DNA of 64,000 nucleotides from Rhizophagus irregularis (taxonomy: Eukaryota), in assembly GCF_026210795.1 (NCBI RefSeq), contig NC_089429.1, positions 620,001 to 684,000 on the forward strand, given 5' to 3'. The position numbers and the translations under genes were made by a program. Below the pieces are notes generated by a model. That model was not told the DNA's origin, did no database searches, and saw only the letters and a list, made by a program, of their open reading frames with translations. Positions 40,725-53,138 of the stretch are shown here, piece after piece (positions within the stretch are counted from its first letter, which is position 1; each line of letters starts with the position of its first letter).

Positions 40725-41909
40725 CCACCGATTTATGTTGTTCGAAAGGTAGTAACAGGAATGTATAAGGGTTAATTTACAGGATTCGGCCAACAATAGG
40801 TGACAATCGGCAATAAATCATAAAAAAATTGAAAGGGTTCGTCAATAATTGGCAATAAAACTATAAACAGTGTATTTTTATTGAATGTATAACAATTGGA
40901 AATAAATTGGTGATCAAAACAATAACAAATGTATAAAATTGGAGTGATCAGCGGGTTCTTTATTAATAAATACAAAAGAATTTTACAATATTTCTGCCTC
41001 TGCCGGCGCTCTGTTATATTCCCAAGATTCTATCTAAGTGTTAATAACCGAAAAATCACTGCCCCGAAACCTCAGCGGAATCTCTTCCCTTAAATATTGT
41101 TCAAAATTTGGGACGATTAGTGCTTTGGCCAACTCGCCCGTTATTCAAATCGTCCAAAGTACGACTCGTTTTCCGGTCAAATCGTCCATTGTACGAATCG
41201 CCCATCACAGCCATAATTGATTCCCACCAAGCCATACGCCACATTTCCTATAAACTATATATATATAAATTGTATAAATAAACTATATAAATAAAATAAA
41301 CTATACTATATAAATAAAATATATCAAATAAACATAAAATAAACTATATATATAAATATATAAATAAATAAATAAATAAACTATAAAAATAAACTATATA
41401 ATAATTCTCGTGACAACTGCGTGATTGTTACAACGTTATACAAATTCATAGATTTGATATATCTATTTTTTAAATGTATATTTTATTATTTATATAGTTT
41501 ATTTATTTATTTTTTAGTTATTTTTGGTTTAAGGCAGTTTGGCCGATCGACAACTTGGACGGAAGACAATTCGTGTATCGGACAAATTGGCCAAAGGATA
41601 AGTTGAACTTGACAAATTGTGGGAGGTATACAGTATAAGGGACGAGTGGGGAATTACTGAAAAGGAAGGATTTTGGTCTATTTTTCTCAAAGTCTAGCAT
41701 TAGTATTTGTAAAAGAAGGATCTACTGAATATTACAGAGCGCCGAATGAGGCAGTAATACTTGCCGATAGTTAATAAAAATTCTACCGACTGTTTCCTGA
41801 TTCTAAATACTTCATTTATCTTCCTATCGTGTACTTTTTATTGCCGATTCCTTATAACTTTTCTATTTATTTCCCGTTACTACCCTTCGGATCCGCATAA
41901 ATCCGGTGG
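40725..41909. mobile_element. Non-autonomous DNA transposon with long degenerate TIRs and TA TSD; contains a second subterminal-repeat element (~41108-41650)
   Basis: ta|ccaccgatttatg...cgaaaggtagtaac vs gttactacccttcg...cataaatccggtgg|ta. Inner IR cggcgctctgttatattc / gaatattacagagcgccg. Roughly 15-bp periodic caaatcgtcc-type repeats are mirrored by ggacaaattgg-type repeats. Confidence 0.75.
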
Positions 41910-42122
41910 TAACATAATCATCCTTATTTTTTTTTGTACATAACATGTCAAAATGTCAAAAGCGTTAATAATGTAAAAGATTACACAAAAAAAGTTCATG
42001 TAAACTAGAATTATTTTCTGAAAAATTAATGAAACATTTCTATAAAATGATATTTTTGAAAAAAAGAGAAGTTTTTATTAAGTCATCATAATTTGGAACA
42101 TTAAACTCGTATAAAATATAAA

Positions 42123-42830
42123 TGGGAGCTTTTTCAAAATCCCAACGATCAGAATCCGTTACAATGTCACAACACAAACCGACACTCACAATCCTGACAA
42201 ATCATAATCCCAAAAATCCAAAATCCTGAAACTACATTATTTCTGACATTTATTATCCGACACTTCATAATACTCATAATCCAACACTTACTACTATCTT
42301 AACACATTATTTTTTTTTAAATTTTATATCATCACTTCCTTTTATTCAAAATGTATATATTTTTTAATATTTAAAATACTTAATAATGTTTAATAATATA
42401 TCGCAAAAATCGCAAAAATAAATGTTTTTATTTTACTTTTTAAATAATAATATATTGCAATAATTTATAACAATTAAATATTTTTTCATTATTATTTAAT
42501 ATGTAAAATTTTTTAAAATATTTCGCAAAAATTAATGTTTTTTTTAATACTTTTAAAATATGTAATGATTTTTTAAAACACTTCGAAAATATTAACGTTT
42601 TATTGTGAAAATTATTAATATTTCATATTAATGTTTATAATGTTTTGTAATAATCTGCGTTTGACATTAAAAGTAAAAACAAATCCACTTTTGTAGTACT
42701 AAAATATTATGTTACTACAATGTAATTGTCAAGAGGATAAGTGTCGAGATAATAAGTTTCGGAATAAGATAAATAATATGGTTTCAGAATTTTGAATTTT
42801 TAGGATTTTGATTTGTCAGGATTGTGAGCA
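42123..42830. mobile_element. MITE of the gggagc...aaaatccc subterminal-repeat family
   Basis: ctcacaatcctgacaaatc...aaaatcc (42185-42230) is inverted at 42780-42829 (ggattttgatttgtcaggattgtgag). Same family as the split element 57611/62220-62550 and 63563-63710. Confidence 0.7.
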
Positions 42831-43272
42831 AAAGATATTGAATACTAGGTGTACTACAATGATTATTATATCGATTGATTTAAGTTTTTTTTCTAATTAG
42901 CCATATTAAACATATGAATGGTCACCAGAAGAGACATAAGCAATCGTTCCTCATACGGAATTAAATTAGTATTGGGTAAATTATATAATCATTATTGGTA
43001 ATAGTACCAAAACTAGTTTTACCATAAATTAAATCACAAAATATATCTCGTTATCTCAGCCAGAATTAATTGCTAATTTGTTAAACTTGTCCTGCCAGAT
43101 ACTTGGCTCCCTAATGCAGGAGCTTCGTTTTCGTAAATATCAGTAAGACGCTTGATCTTCACAAAACGTTTAATAATGTTAAAAAGTAGCATGTAGTTAT
43201 TGCATAATCATTTATAAATTTTATTTATTTAATTCATTAAACTTTAATTAACTATTAACGTTGGCTTTTTTT

Positions 43273-44833
43273 TTAAAAATCCAATGTCTGTTTTTTAATT
43301 AAAGGAAATTTATTAATTAAAAACAAAAGGTCATCATGTTACACAAATAATTATTTGATTTCTCACCTTCATAAAAATTTCATCATATCTATCACCAATA
43401 ACTTCAATAGAATTGATAATATTTCTAATTTCAGATAATTCTTCAGAACTAAGATGAATTTTTTCTGCTTCAACGTTTTCTTCTAAATATTTAATTTTTC
43501 TTGTACCAGGAATAGCAACAATATTATCTCCCTATAAAAAATTTATATTAATATTATTATTATTAAATTTATAAAAAATTTTTTTTTGGTCATTAATATA
43601 AATTAATTTTTTTTTATAATATACCTGAGCTAGAACCCACGCTAAACAAAGCTGACCCGAAGTTACACCTTTCTTATCCGCAAATTCATTAAATTTACGT
43701 ACAATTTCTAAATTTTTATTGAAATTTTCACCTTGAAAACGTGGGATTAATCTTCTATAATCGCTCTTATCAAAATCATCAATAGATTTAAGTTTTCCCT
43801 GAAGAAAAAAGAAAAAAAAAATATTTGTGAATTGTTACCGTTAAGTTTCCATAAAATATTAAGACATTTTAAAAATAATAAATACCGTTAGAAAACCACG
43901 TCCGAGTGGACTATAAGCTACTATAGTGACGCCTAATTCACGACAAGCTTCTATAACTCCATTTGTTTCAATAACAAGAGTCCAAGGACTATATTCCATC
44001 TTAAAAATACATGATTCTTAATTAATTCTAATAATTTAAAATATATATACATGAGTTAATTTTTTTTTTAAAAAAAAATATATTTACTTGAACTGCGGCA
44101 ATAGGATGAACTTTACAAGCGCGTCGGAGAGTTTCTGCGGAACATTCAGAAAGACCAATATATTTAATTTTCCCTTCTTTAACAAGTTCTGCTAAAGCAC
44201 CAACAGTATCTTCAATGGGTCTATAAAATGTAAAAATAATAGTTTCATTATATTAATTCAATATTAATGAATAATATTTTCACTTACGTATCAGGATCCA
44301 TACGATGTAGATAATAAAGATCGATATAATCCACTCCTAATCTTTTTAAAGAATTTTCACAAGCTTGACGAACGTATTCGGGTTTACCAGATACGCCTTT
44401 AAATTCACCATTTGGACCTCGAACGATGCCAAACTTTGTACAAAGAAACACTTCATTACGACGATCTTTAAGAACTTTCGAAAGGAGAATCTCATTGGCT
44501 CCCATTCCGTACATATCCTTTATATTTTAAAATTAAAAGGTTATAAGCATCGTCTTATTATGATTGAAATTTAATTATTAAAATATAAATACGAACGGAA
44601 GTATCCCAAAAGTTGGACCCTAATTCAATTGATCGATTTAACACCTTAATATTTTCTTTTTCGTCAGATGGACCAAAAGTACTCATTCCCTTTTAAACAA
44701 AAGGAAATTAAATTGGTATGTATTAATTAAATCATGTGATTAATAAGTGTAACGACGATATTTTACATACCATACATCCTAAACCGATTGCTGAAATTTT
44801 TACACCGGTTTTACCAAGTTCACGAAGCAACAT
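43273..44833 (-). CDS. Aldo-keto reductase (YakC/AKR13-like), intact copy D, 8 exons
   Basis: ATG 44833 [21 protein letters not shown]. Motifs [41 protein letters not shown]. Ends TLDF* at 43273. All junctions in frame. Confidence 0.92.
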
Positions 44834-46942
44834 TTTTTTTAAAAAAAAAAGAAAATTTTTTAAATCTGAAATTTAAGGAAAATCTGAAAATTTGAGAGTT
44901 ATTTATTTATTTTTTTTATGTAGGAAAATTACAAAATTCCCGAGTTCGTAATAATATGACATACAAGCTTACAAATGTCGTGAATATTTTAGGTTGGAAA
45001 CCGGTTTACCATTATTTGTAGGTCCTACATTTAACCGGTTAGGACAGAATTCTTAAATACTTAACCTTGACCAAAATAAAATAATCATTCTAACCATAAA
45101 TAGAAACAAGAGATCAGCACTCGGCTCTTTCAGACCGGAATTTACCGTGGCATCATCCAAAGAAGGAAAGATCTTTTTTTTATACTTTACGTAATTAACT
45201 TTTTATGGTTAAAGCCACCTTTAGTAATTAATAATGCACGTATATTACGTAGAGGACGATTTTAATCAATCAATCAATCATCACAATTATTCCGGATTTA
45301 ATTTAATATATTGGATAAAACCAAGATAATAAAAAAGTTATAAAAATTCAATGTCAAAAGAAAATATTAATTCATTAGAAGTAAATTTTTATTAACGACC
45401 TTTAAAGTTTGTACAATTTTTTATTACATTTTCCGTAAATCGATTACCAAATTAATAAATGATGAATTTTTTTAACGGTCGATGGAAATCATCAACGCGT
45501 ACTTGTAAATTAAGCATTTTAAATTGTTTTAATTTACAGATTAAATCAAAAGCAATTTTATTATTTATTTATTTTGAATTATTTAAACACTGATATTACA
45601 GTGTAAAAGGTTTCTTAGATTGTAATTTGAATAATTCTTTATATTCTTATCTGTTATCGAAATCGGATATAAATAATAAATAAATATTTGCTTTTTGTGA
45701 TACAGGTAAATTTTTAAATTTATTTAGTATAAAAATTAGTTCATATTATAAATTTAAAAATCCAATGATAAATGTTTACTTATCTTGAAACTTCATATTA
45801 TATTTGATTGTTCTTCAAATTTAATAAACAGAAGTTTAAAATTTTTTGATCAGTATGTTTTGATCTCGATAAAATATGTATATGAAAATGTGAAATGTTA
45901 ATTGATGAATCTAAATTTACAGAATTTACAGATTAATTTTTTCATTATTAACAAGTGTAATACTTTGTTAATAACCATTCAAAATCTGTATTAATTATAT
46001 TTGGTACTACCATAATTAAAATTTGATTGTAAATTCCATTCTATAAAATTATGATAAAAAAACAAATAAATTATTAGGATCATTTAGAAAAACTTTAGCT
46101 GATGATTAATTATTCTTATTTTTTATGCTATAGAAAATCTAGACGGTTTTTTACAGGTTACCGAATTGTTGTTGTTTTAATGATTATTAGTATTTGTTAA
46201 ATTAACGTTAAGTGATCAAAAAAAAATTAATATAATACCATAATAGCCTATTGTTACCTCTACGGGGAGCAGTGTTTTATTATAGAAAATCGATTTTACC
46301 TAAACATAAAACTTTTCCAGGAAAATACTCACCCGGCTTGCAGATGTACCCAGTATGGATAATTTTACATAAAAATAATAGTATTTATACTAAAATTATC
46401 CAAAATTCTTTCTTGTAGTAAAAACTATTTTCATTAACAATCCTAAAATATTTTTCTTAACCGATTACAAAAATAAATTGATCCAAAATATCTTGATATG
46501 ATGGACTAATTTACAATGAATGAGTAATTACAAAGTTTAATCATTTGTGTGTTTTTTTAAAAAAAAGAAAAGAGAACATTTGAATCAATTCATTATAACG
46601 CATCAATAATATTTAATATCTTTTATTATTATTTAAATTTATTGATAATATAGACATTTACCATAACAAACATGAGTTCCATTAAAGGATTTTGGAATTT
46701 TATTTACTATAATTTATATGGATTTGTTATTCTAAATTCTTTGATTATCTGATAATAACTTCTTTTTTCCAAAACATCATTTTTAAAATGTTTCTTTAAT
46801 TTTTCAAAATAATTCTTGTCTATATAAACTTTCTTTGTGTAATCTTTAACGTCGTTACAATCGTTACATGTACAATAAAATAAATAAATAAATAAAGGTC
46901 TGGGTTGTCGATCATGATCATATGATCATTCTTTTTTTTTCG

Positions 46943-49900
46943 GGCCATCCTTAACCTGATCCACCGGTCCAAATGCTTATCCTGGGCCAGTCAAATTTGA
47001 TTGGCTAATTTCAATCAATAAAATCAATAAAAACAATTTTTTTTTACTTAGCCACACGAGTTTATATACACACAATAATACATATTAAAAGTTTTTTACC
47101 ACACATCTTTTACTTATAAAAATATTGTAAGTATTATAACTACAACTATTTAAACATATGAAAATATAAATATAAAGAGTAAAAATTAATTGTGTGAACT
47201 CGTTCTTTAATATTTTTTTTTAGTAACTATGAATACTTCCGAACCTGAACCACAACAATCTTCTGAATTAAAAATTTCGGATATATTTAAAAATCATGAA
47301 GAATTTGTAGCAAGAGTTCAAAATTACGCGTCATATTGTACGGTTGAGTAAAGTAGGTCGTGATAAAGAAAAAAATATTATAAGAAGAACAATCTTATGT
47401 TCACGCGCAGGTGTTTCTGAAAGTAAAGAGGATAAAGTCAACTCAAGAGATCGTAAATCTCAAAGATGTAATTGTCCATTTTTTATCAGAGCTTCACTTG
47501 ATAATAATAGTGGACTTTGGCACATTTTAGCCATGAATTTGGAACATAATCATGAAATGGTTGCTCCTGAACACAAAATGTTTCTTAGTAGTGAAAGAAT
47601 AATTCCTCAAGAAATTAAAGATCGAATTATAGTTTATCATCAAGCAGGCTGTAATGTACCAACTATTCGTTCAATTCTTAAGCAAGAATATAAAGACTTA
47701 GAAACATGGATCTATAATGATATTTATAATTTCATATATCAGTTAAATGGTAAACAAGAACAACGCTTTTTTGAAGCAGAAGAATTTATAAATATCTTAA
47801 AACAACTTAAAAGAGAAATTGATGGATTTGAATACGAAGTTAGAGTTGATGTTGATACAAATGAATTACTTCAAGTAATTTGGATGTATCCTGATCAAAA
47901 GCAATATTATAGCAGATTTTTAGATGTTATTGTTTTTGATAACACATATAAAGTTAATAGGTTTAATATGCCATTTGGGATTTTTACTGGAATAAATAAT
48001 TTTGGTCAAAGTTTATGCTTTGCTGGAACTTTAATGTGTCGAGAAACAATAGATAGTTTTGTATGGGTATTTAATACTTTTCTTAAGTTTGTTAATAATT
48101 ATTCACCTAAAGTGATGCTTACTGACGAAGACAAAGCAATTTCTCAGGCGATAGAGATCACATTTGGACAAAATACTAAACATGTTTTATGTATATGGCA
48201 TCTTTGGAAAAATGTCATCAAAAATATTGCTAATGTTCTAGGAACAAAATGGCGGGAGTTCACTAAATCATTTTACGATTGCATAAGAGAATATGAAGTT
48301 GATAATTTTATAATTAAGTGGCAGCAACTTAAAGAAAATTTTCCAGATTCAAAATCACATTTAGAAAGAATGGATAAAATAAAAGAGAAATGGGCGCCTT
48401 GCTTTATAAGAGATACATTTTTAGCAGATATGACAAGTACACAGCGTGGTGAATCTATGAATAATTTAATGAAAGGTTATATGGATGCTTCCCATTCATT
48501 ATTGGATTTTTTAAAAGCATTTGAATCAGCATTAGAGCAGCGTGAAAATGATTTACAATTAGCTAAATACAAGCAAATTCATGAAAATGTCACTTTTAAA
48601 ACATTAAGTCCACTTGAATATCAGGCCTCAGAAATATTAACGAATTATGCATTAAAATTAACGCAAGAACAGTTATTACAATCTACGAGTTATTTATGTA
48701 TTGAACTATTAGATTCAAGGTATGTTATATATTATAAATATCTTTTTTTATTGTAACAATGTACTAATACTATAAAATGCATGATTTTTTTTAAAAAAAA
48801 TAGAACTGAAACGATGCAAACTTATCAAATTTACCGTTTTAATCATGAAACCAAACCTGGAAGAAAAGTGGTACATAATGGTGAAACAAATCATTTTGTA
48901 TGTTCTTGTAAATACACTACCTTCTCAGGAATTATCTGCCGACATATTTTTTGTGTAGCAACACAACTTAATTTAAATAATCTTCCAGAATCATTATTTC
49001 ATAATCAATAGAGAAAAGATCCAAGTAATCTTGTTTTAACGCAAAATTTTCATTTATTTTGTAATAATATTCAATCTCCAAATGACAAAATTATTGAACG
49101 TGTTGAAGATTATGAATATTTGTTATCAAAAGTCTTTCATGAAATAAAAGGATTGGTAAAAAAGTACCCGGAAATGGCACAGGAATTTTATACTACAAAC
49201 AATACGTTATTACAAAATAGAATAAAAAGTGCAAATAATCAAAAAACTTGTAAAAGTACAACAAAAAATTTAATTAGAAATCCCCAGACTGCTACTAATA
49301 ATTCAAAAAAAAGAGGTATTTGTAATTGTTTTTTTTAAATTAATTTTTATTAATGTGATTATATTATTAATACTAGTTTTACTACGTTAAATTAGAAAAA
49401 AAAGTAAAGTAATGAATGACTTATCAAATAAAAAACGGAAAACAAGATCCAATAATAGCAGTGGATTGTCATTACAAGAAAAAGAAAATATTCCCAAATA
49501 TGATGATAAAAAAAATGATAATATTAACGCATCTAGTTCAATGCATAGGGTATTTCAGAATTTACCACAAATATCAGTGACGGAATTAATGGATATGGAA
49601 ATAGTGGAAATAGACAATGGTTTAAGCAAAAAAAAGGTATAGTCTTATCACTATTTATTATTTTTCAAATTTAAATATCAAAAAGGTATTAAAGATTAAC
49701 TATACATTACTAGATAATGAATTATTTTGTCTTTTTTGCAATCAATCTTTGCCTAATCCTTTACCAAAAAAGTTGCTTGATTATTTGAAAATATTACAGA
49801 ATAAAGGTATAAAAATAACATTTATTTATTATTATTTATCTTTATGATTATAAAAATTTTCTCAATTTATCGTTACATATTTGTTTGTTTTTAGATAAAA

Positions 49901-50192
49901 TATTAGAAACTGATCGCGCGGAATTTTGTTTTATGCACTATGCAGAAACTGCAATTGTATAGTAATTATTTTGATGTAAATAATCTGTCAATAAAAAATT
50001 TTTTAATAGTAAAATGTAATTCTTGCACGAAATAAATACATTATAAAAAATTATGCATTTTTTAGTTGAAAATTTAATTTTATTCTGTCTGTATTTTGTA
50101 TATAAAATTCTACAAAAATATAACAATTTTTGCCCAATCAAATTCGAGGTCCAGGATAAGCGTCTGGACCGTGGTCCAGGATAAGGATGCTC
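46943..50192 (+). mobile_element. Full-length Mutator-like (MULE) DNA transposon, 3.25 kb
   Basis: ~65-bp TIRs: ggccatccttaacctgatccaccggtccaaatgcttatcctgg...aatttgattgg vs ccaatcaaatt...ccaggataagcgtctggaccgtggtccaggataaggatgctc. 9-bp TSD tttttttcg at 46934-46942 and 50193-50201. Confidence 0.92.
47229..49642 (+). pseudogene. FAR1-MULE-SWIM transposase, inactivated
   Basis: FAR1-like N-terminus (ILCSRAG...RCNCPF...HNH); DDE motifs FDNTY, LTDED, CIWH, GESMN; SWIM CSC..SGIICRH after an intron. Frameshift near 47338 and premature TAG at 49009-49011 where W is expected (Q*RKD). Confidence 0.88.
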
Positions 50193-50212
50193 TTTTTTTC
50201 GTTTCACGATAT

Positions 50213-50290
50213 AACACATGACAGGTAGATCAGTAGACAATACTAAAATTTTGGTGGTTGCACCGCTTTTTGTTTAACCGTTGGAACTTG
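50213..50290 (+). promoter_or_regulatory. Conserved upstream motif shared by all four kinase genes
   Basis: cacatgacaggtagatcagtagacaata...ggttgcacc...tttaaccgt. Reverse-complement copies lie at ~15316-15395, ~33600-33680 and ~40580-40660, at similar distances from each ATG. Confidence 0.65.
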
Positions 50291-50337
50291 GAACTCTCTT
50301 TTTTTGCAGTATCTAAAAAGCAAATTTTTATATAAAT

Positions 50338-52640
50338 ATGTCTGATATTCGTTATGATTTAATTAGGCGGGTGATTGTGAGAGCAGTATTATCAATTAAT
50401 TATAATATTCACAATGACTTTCATAAACAACACGAATTTATGCAACAAGCAATCCTTGATGATAATTCTCTTACAGAAGAAGAAAAAGCTGAAGCAGTAA
50501 AAAAAGATAATAAAAATTATGACCGAGATAAAATCTTACATAATTCAGGAACAAGAAGAATTTGTGAAAATTGTAACCAAAAATGTTTAGCTACATTATA
50601 TTGTGAATATTGTATTCGAAATTATTTAAAAGCAAACTTTTTAAATTGGACATCCGGAAATAATGAAATTGACAATTTAATAAGAAATTGTCAATTAGAA
50701 ACACTTATGCCAAATAAAATTATTGAATGGATCCCATATAATAATTTAAAAAATATTAAATATCTAACAAAAGGTGGATGTTCTAAGATTTATACAGCGA
50801 ATTGGATTGGTGGTGGATATGAAGAATGGGATTCCAAAACACAACAATTAGAAAGAATTAAAAGATATGGAATACAAAACCTTGTATCACATGTAATACT
50901 TAAAGAATTAGAAAATGTTGAAAATGCAAACCAAAGATGGTTTGAAGAGGTTTGTAATATAAAATATTTAAGAAAAATTTTAATTTAAAATTAAAATTTA
51001 TTGCTTTTTATAGGCTAAATCACATTTGACTATGAGCAACAAACAAACTGCAATTGTTAATTGTTATGGTATAACACAAAATCCATCAAATGGAAATTAT
51101 ATGCTTGTAATGATTGCATGTGATATGAATTTAAGAGAATATTTACGACAAAATCATAATCAACTTACATGGAAAGAAAGAATTAAAATTGCTTATGAAA
51201 TAATTAGGTCACTTTATTTTATTCATAAAGAAAATTCAATTCACAGAGATTTGCATTCTGGAAATATATTATATTCAAATCATAATGACGGTTGTCGTAT
51301 TAGTGATCTTGGATTTTGTGGTCCCGCAGATAGACCATTAACAAGTATATATGGAAATCTTCCTTACATAGCTCCTGAAGTTATTAGTGAAAAAGGATAT
51401 ACACTTAAATCTGATATTTATAGTATTGCAATGCTAATGTGGGAAATTTCATTTGGACAACCTCCATTTATGAATTATGAACATGATTGTATTCTTGCAC
51501 TTAATATCATTGATGGTATAAGACCAAAAATTATATCAGAAATTCCTTCAAAATATAAAAGTTTAATGGAACAATGTTGGGATGCTAATCCATTAGAAAG
51601 GCCTGATATTTATGCACTTTGGGAAAAAATTAAAGAAATTAAATCATATTATCAAAATAATCCAAATGAATTACCTCAATTAATAGCAAAAATTGATAAA
51701 AAAACAAGCAATATTTTTAGCAGTAAATTATTTACAAGTAAAATTCATGAATTTAAAAATTTACCAGAACCAAAAAATGCAACAAAAGGTATGGCTATTT
51801 AATGATTATTGACTATTTATTCTTTTATTTTAATATAATATTTTTTTTAATTATTTTATAATAGAAAAACAAGAAGGTAACGTAAAGTATGATGCTTTAG
51901 TATTAAGTTTTAATTAATAATAAATTGAAATAATCTTTTTCTTTTTAAATAGCATTTTATACTAGTAGTAAATCATATGATTTTAGTATTTCTGATAATT
52001 GTAAGTATATATTTTTTATATTTTTTAAAATAACATTGGATTTTATATGATAAAATAACAAATGATTTATTTTTATTATAGCTAGTATTTTTAGTACAAT
52101 AAGTAATCAGTATACGTCAATTAATTTTAAGAATCGTAACGAAGGTAATTTATTTTTATATAAGACTTTATAACAAATAAGTATTAATTTGTAAATTTAA
52201 TTTTATAAGATAATGATAAAGGATCATCCAGATTATCTAAAAAATTGAAAATGGAGAATGGTAAGTAAAATATTTATTAATAGTTCAATTCTAATTTTCT
52301 TATTTCATTGTTTGAAGATAAGGAACGAAATTTGATTATTTAATAACATAGATATTCAAAATTATTATGATGAAGAAACAATACAACAAAAACCAAATGT
52401 TGATATTATTGGTAAGTAATATTCATTAATTTGCTTTTTAAATAATAATTTATCTTATATTATTTTATTTTTTAGATGAAGTTGAAGTATATAATAATCC
52501 TCCGAAGAATAAGATGGATTGGAAATTTCTTATGGTTTGTTTATTGTTCAAAAATACTGATAAAATATTTAAATAATTATTACAATTTATTTTACTAATA
52601 CGTTTATTTTTTTAGAATGATTTTACGAATTAAATCAAAT
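50338..52640 (+). CDS. Tyrosine-kinase-like protein kinase K4 (multi-exon; 3' end approximate)
   Basis: ORFs 50338-50988 and 51026-51802 are spliced together. Motifs VILKEL, HRDLHSGN, ISDLGF, YIAPE intact. A small deletion in the penultimate exon (~52500) relative to K3 shifts the extreme C-terminus. Confidence 0.85.
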
Positions 52641-52989
52641 CCAATTTTATTTTATTATTTTATTACTTATGTTTATATTTTGAATTATTTAAACACTAAG
52701 ATTAGAGTAATAAGAAGATTCTTAGTTTGTAATTTAAATAATTCTTTATTTATAAATAACTTATTCAATTATTAAATACTATGTAAACATAAAACATCAA
52801 TAAATATATTGGTTTAAAAAAAATCTATCGAAATGTATGTATTTTTAATTTATTAATATAAAATTTATTTATGATATTATGAAAAAAAATGAATAAATAA
52901 TATTATTAGGCCATTTGTTTATTTAAAATAAGGTTAGGCATTTTTCTAATAAAAATGCTAAAAAAATTTATCAACTTGTTAGTCCTGGA

Positions 52990-53138
52990 TTTATTGTCCG
53001 GAGCGAAGCGAAGGACAATATATGTCTACGCACTAAATCGATCACGTGAATTTCTCTGTCCGCCACGTGATCGTCGCCCAATGAAATCGCAAATTTTAGT
53101 TTTTCGCTCCGGACTTACAACGGTTCCCGTTTCCTAGT
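52990..53138 (+). mobile_element. Non-autonomous Helitron/Helentron-like element (~150 bp)
   Basis: Subterminal IR gtccggagcgaa (52996-53007) / ttcgctccggac (53103-53114), 3' hairpin aacgg-ttc-ccgtt (53119-53131), then CTAG (53134-53137). No TSD. Confidence 0.65.

Noticed and set aside
40772..41943. Several 60-67 aa ORFs
   Set aside because: They lie within non-autonomous TE arms and show no protein motifs.
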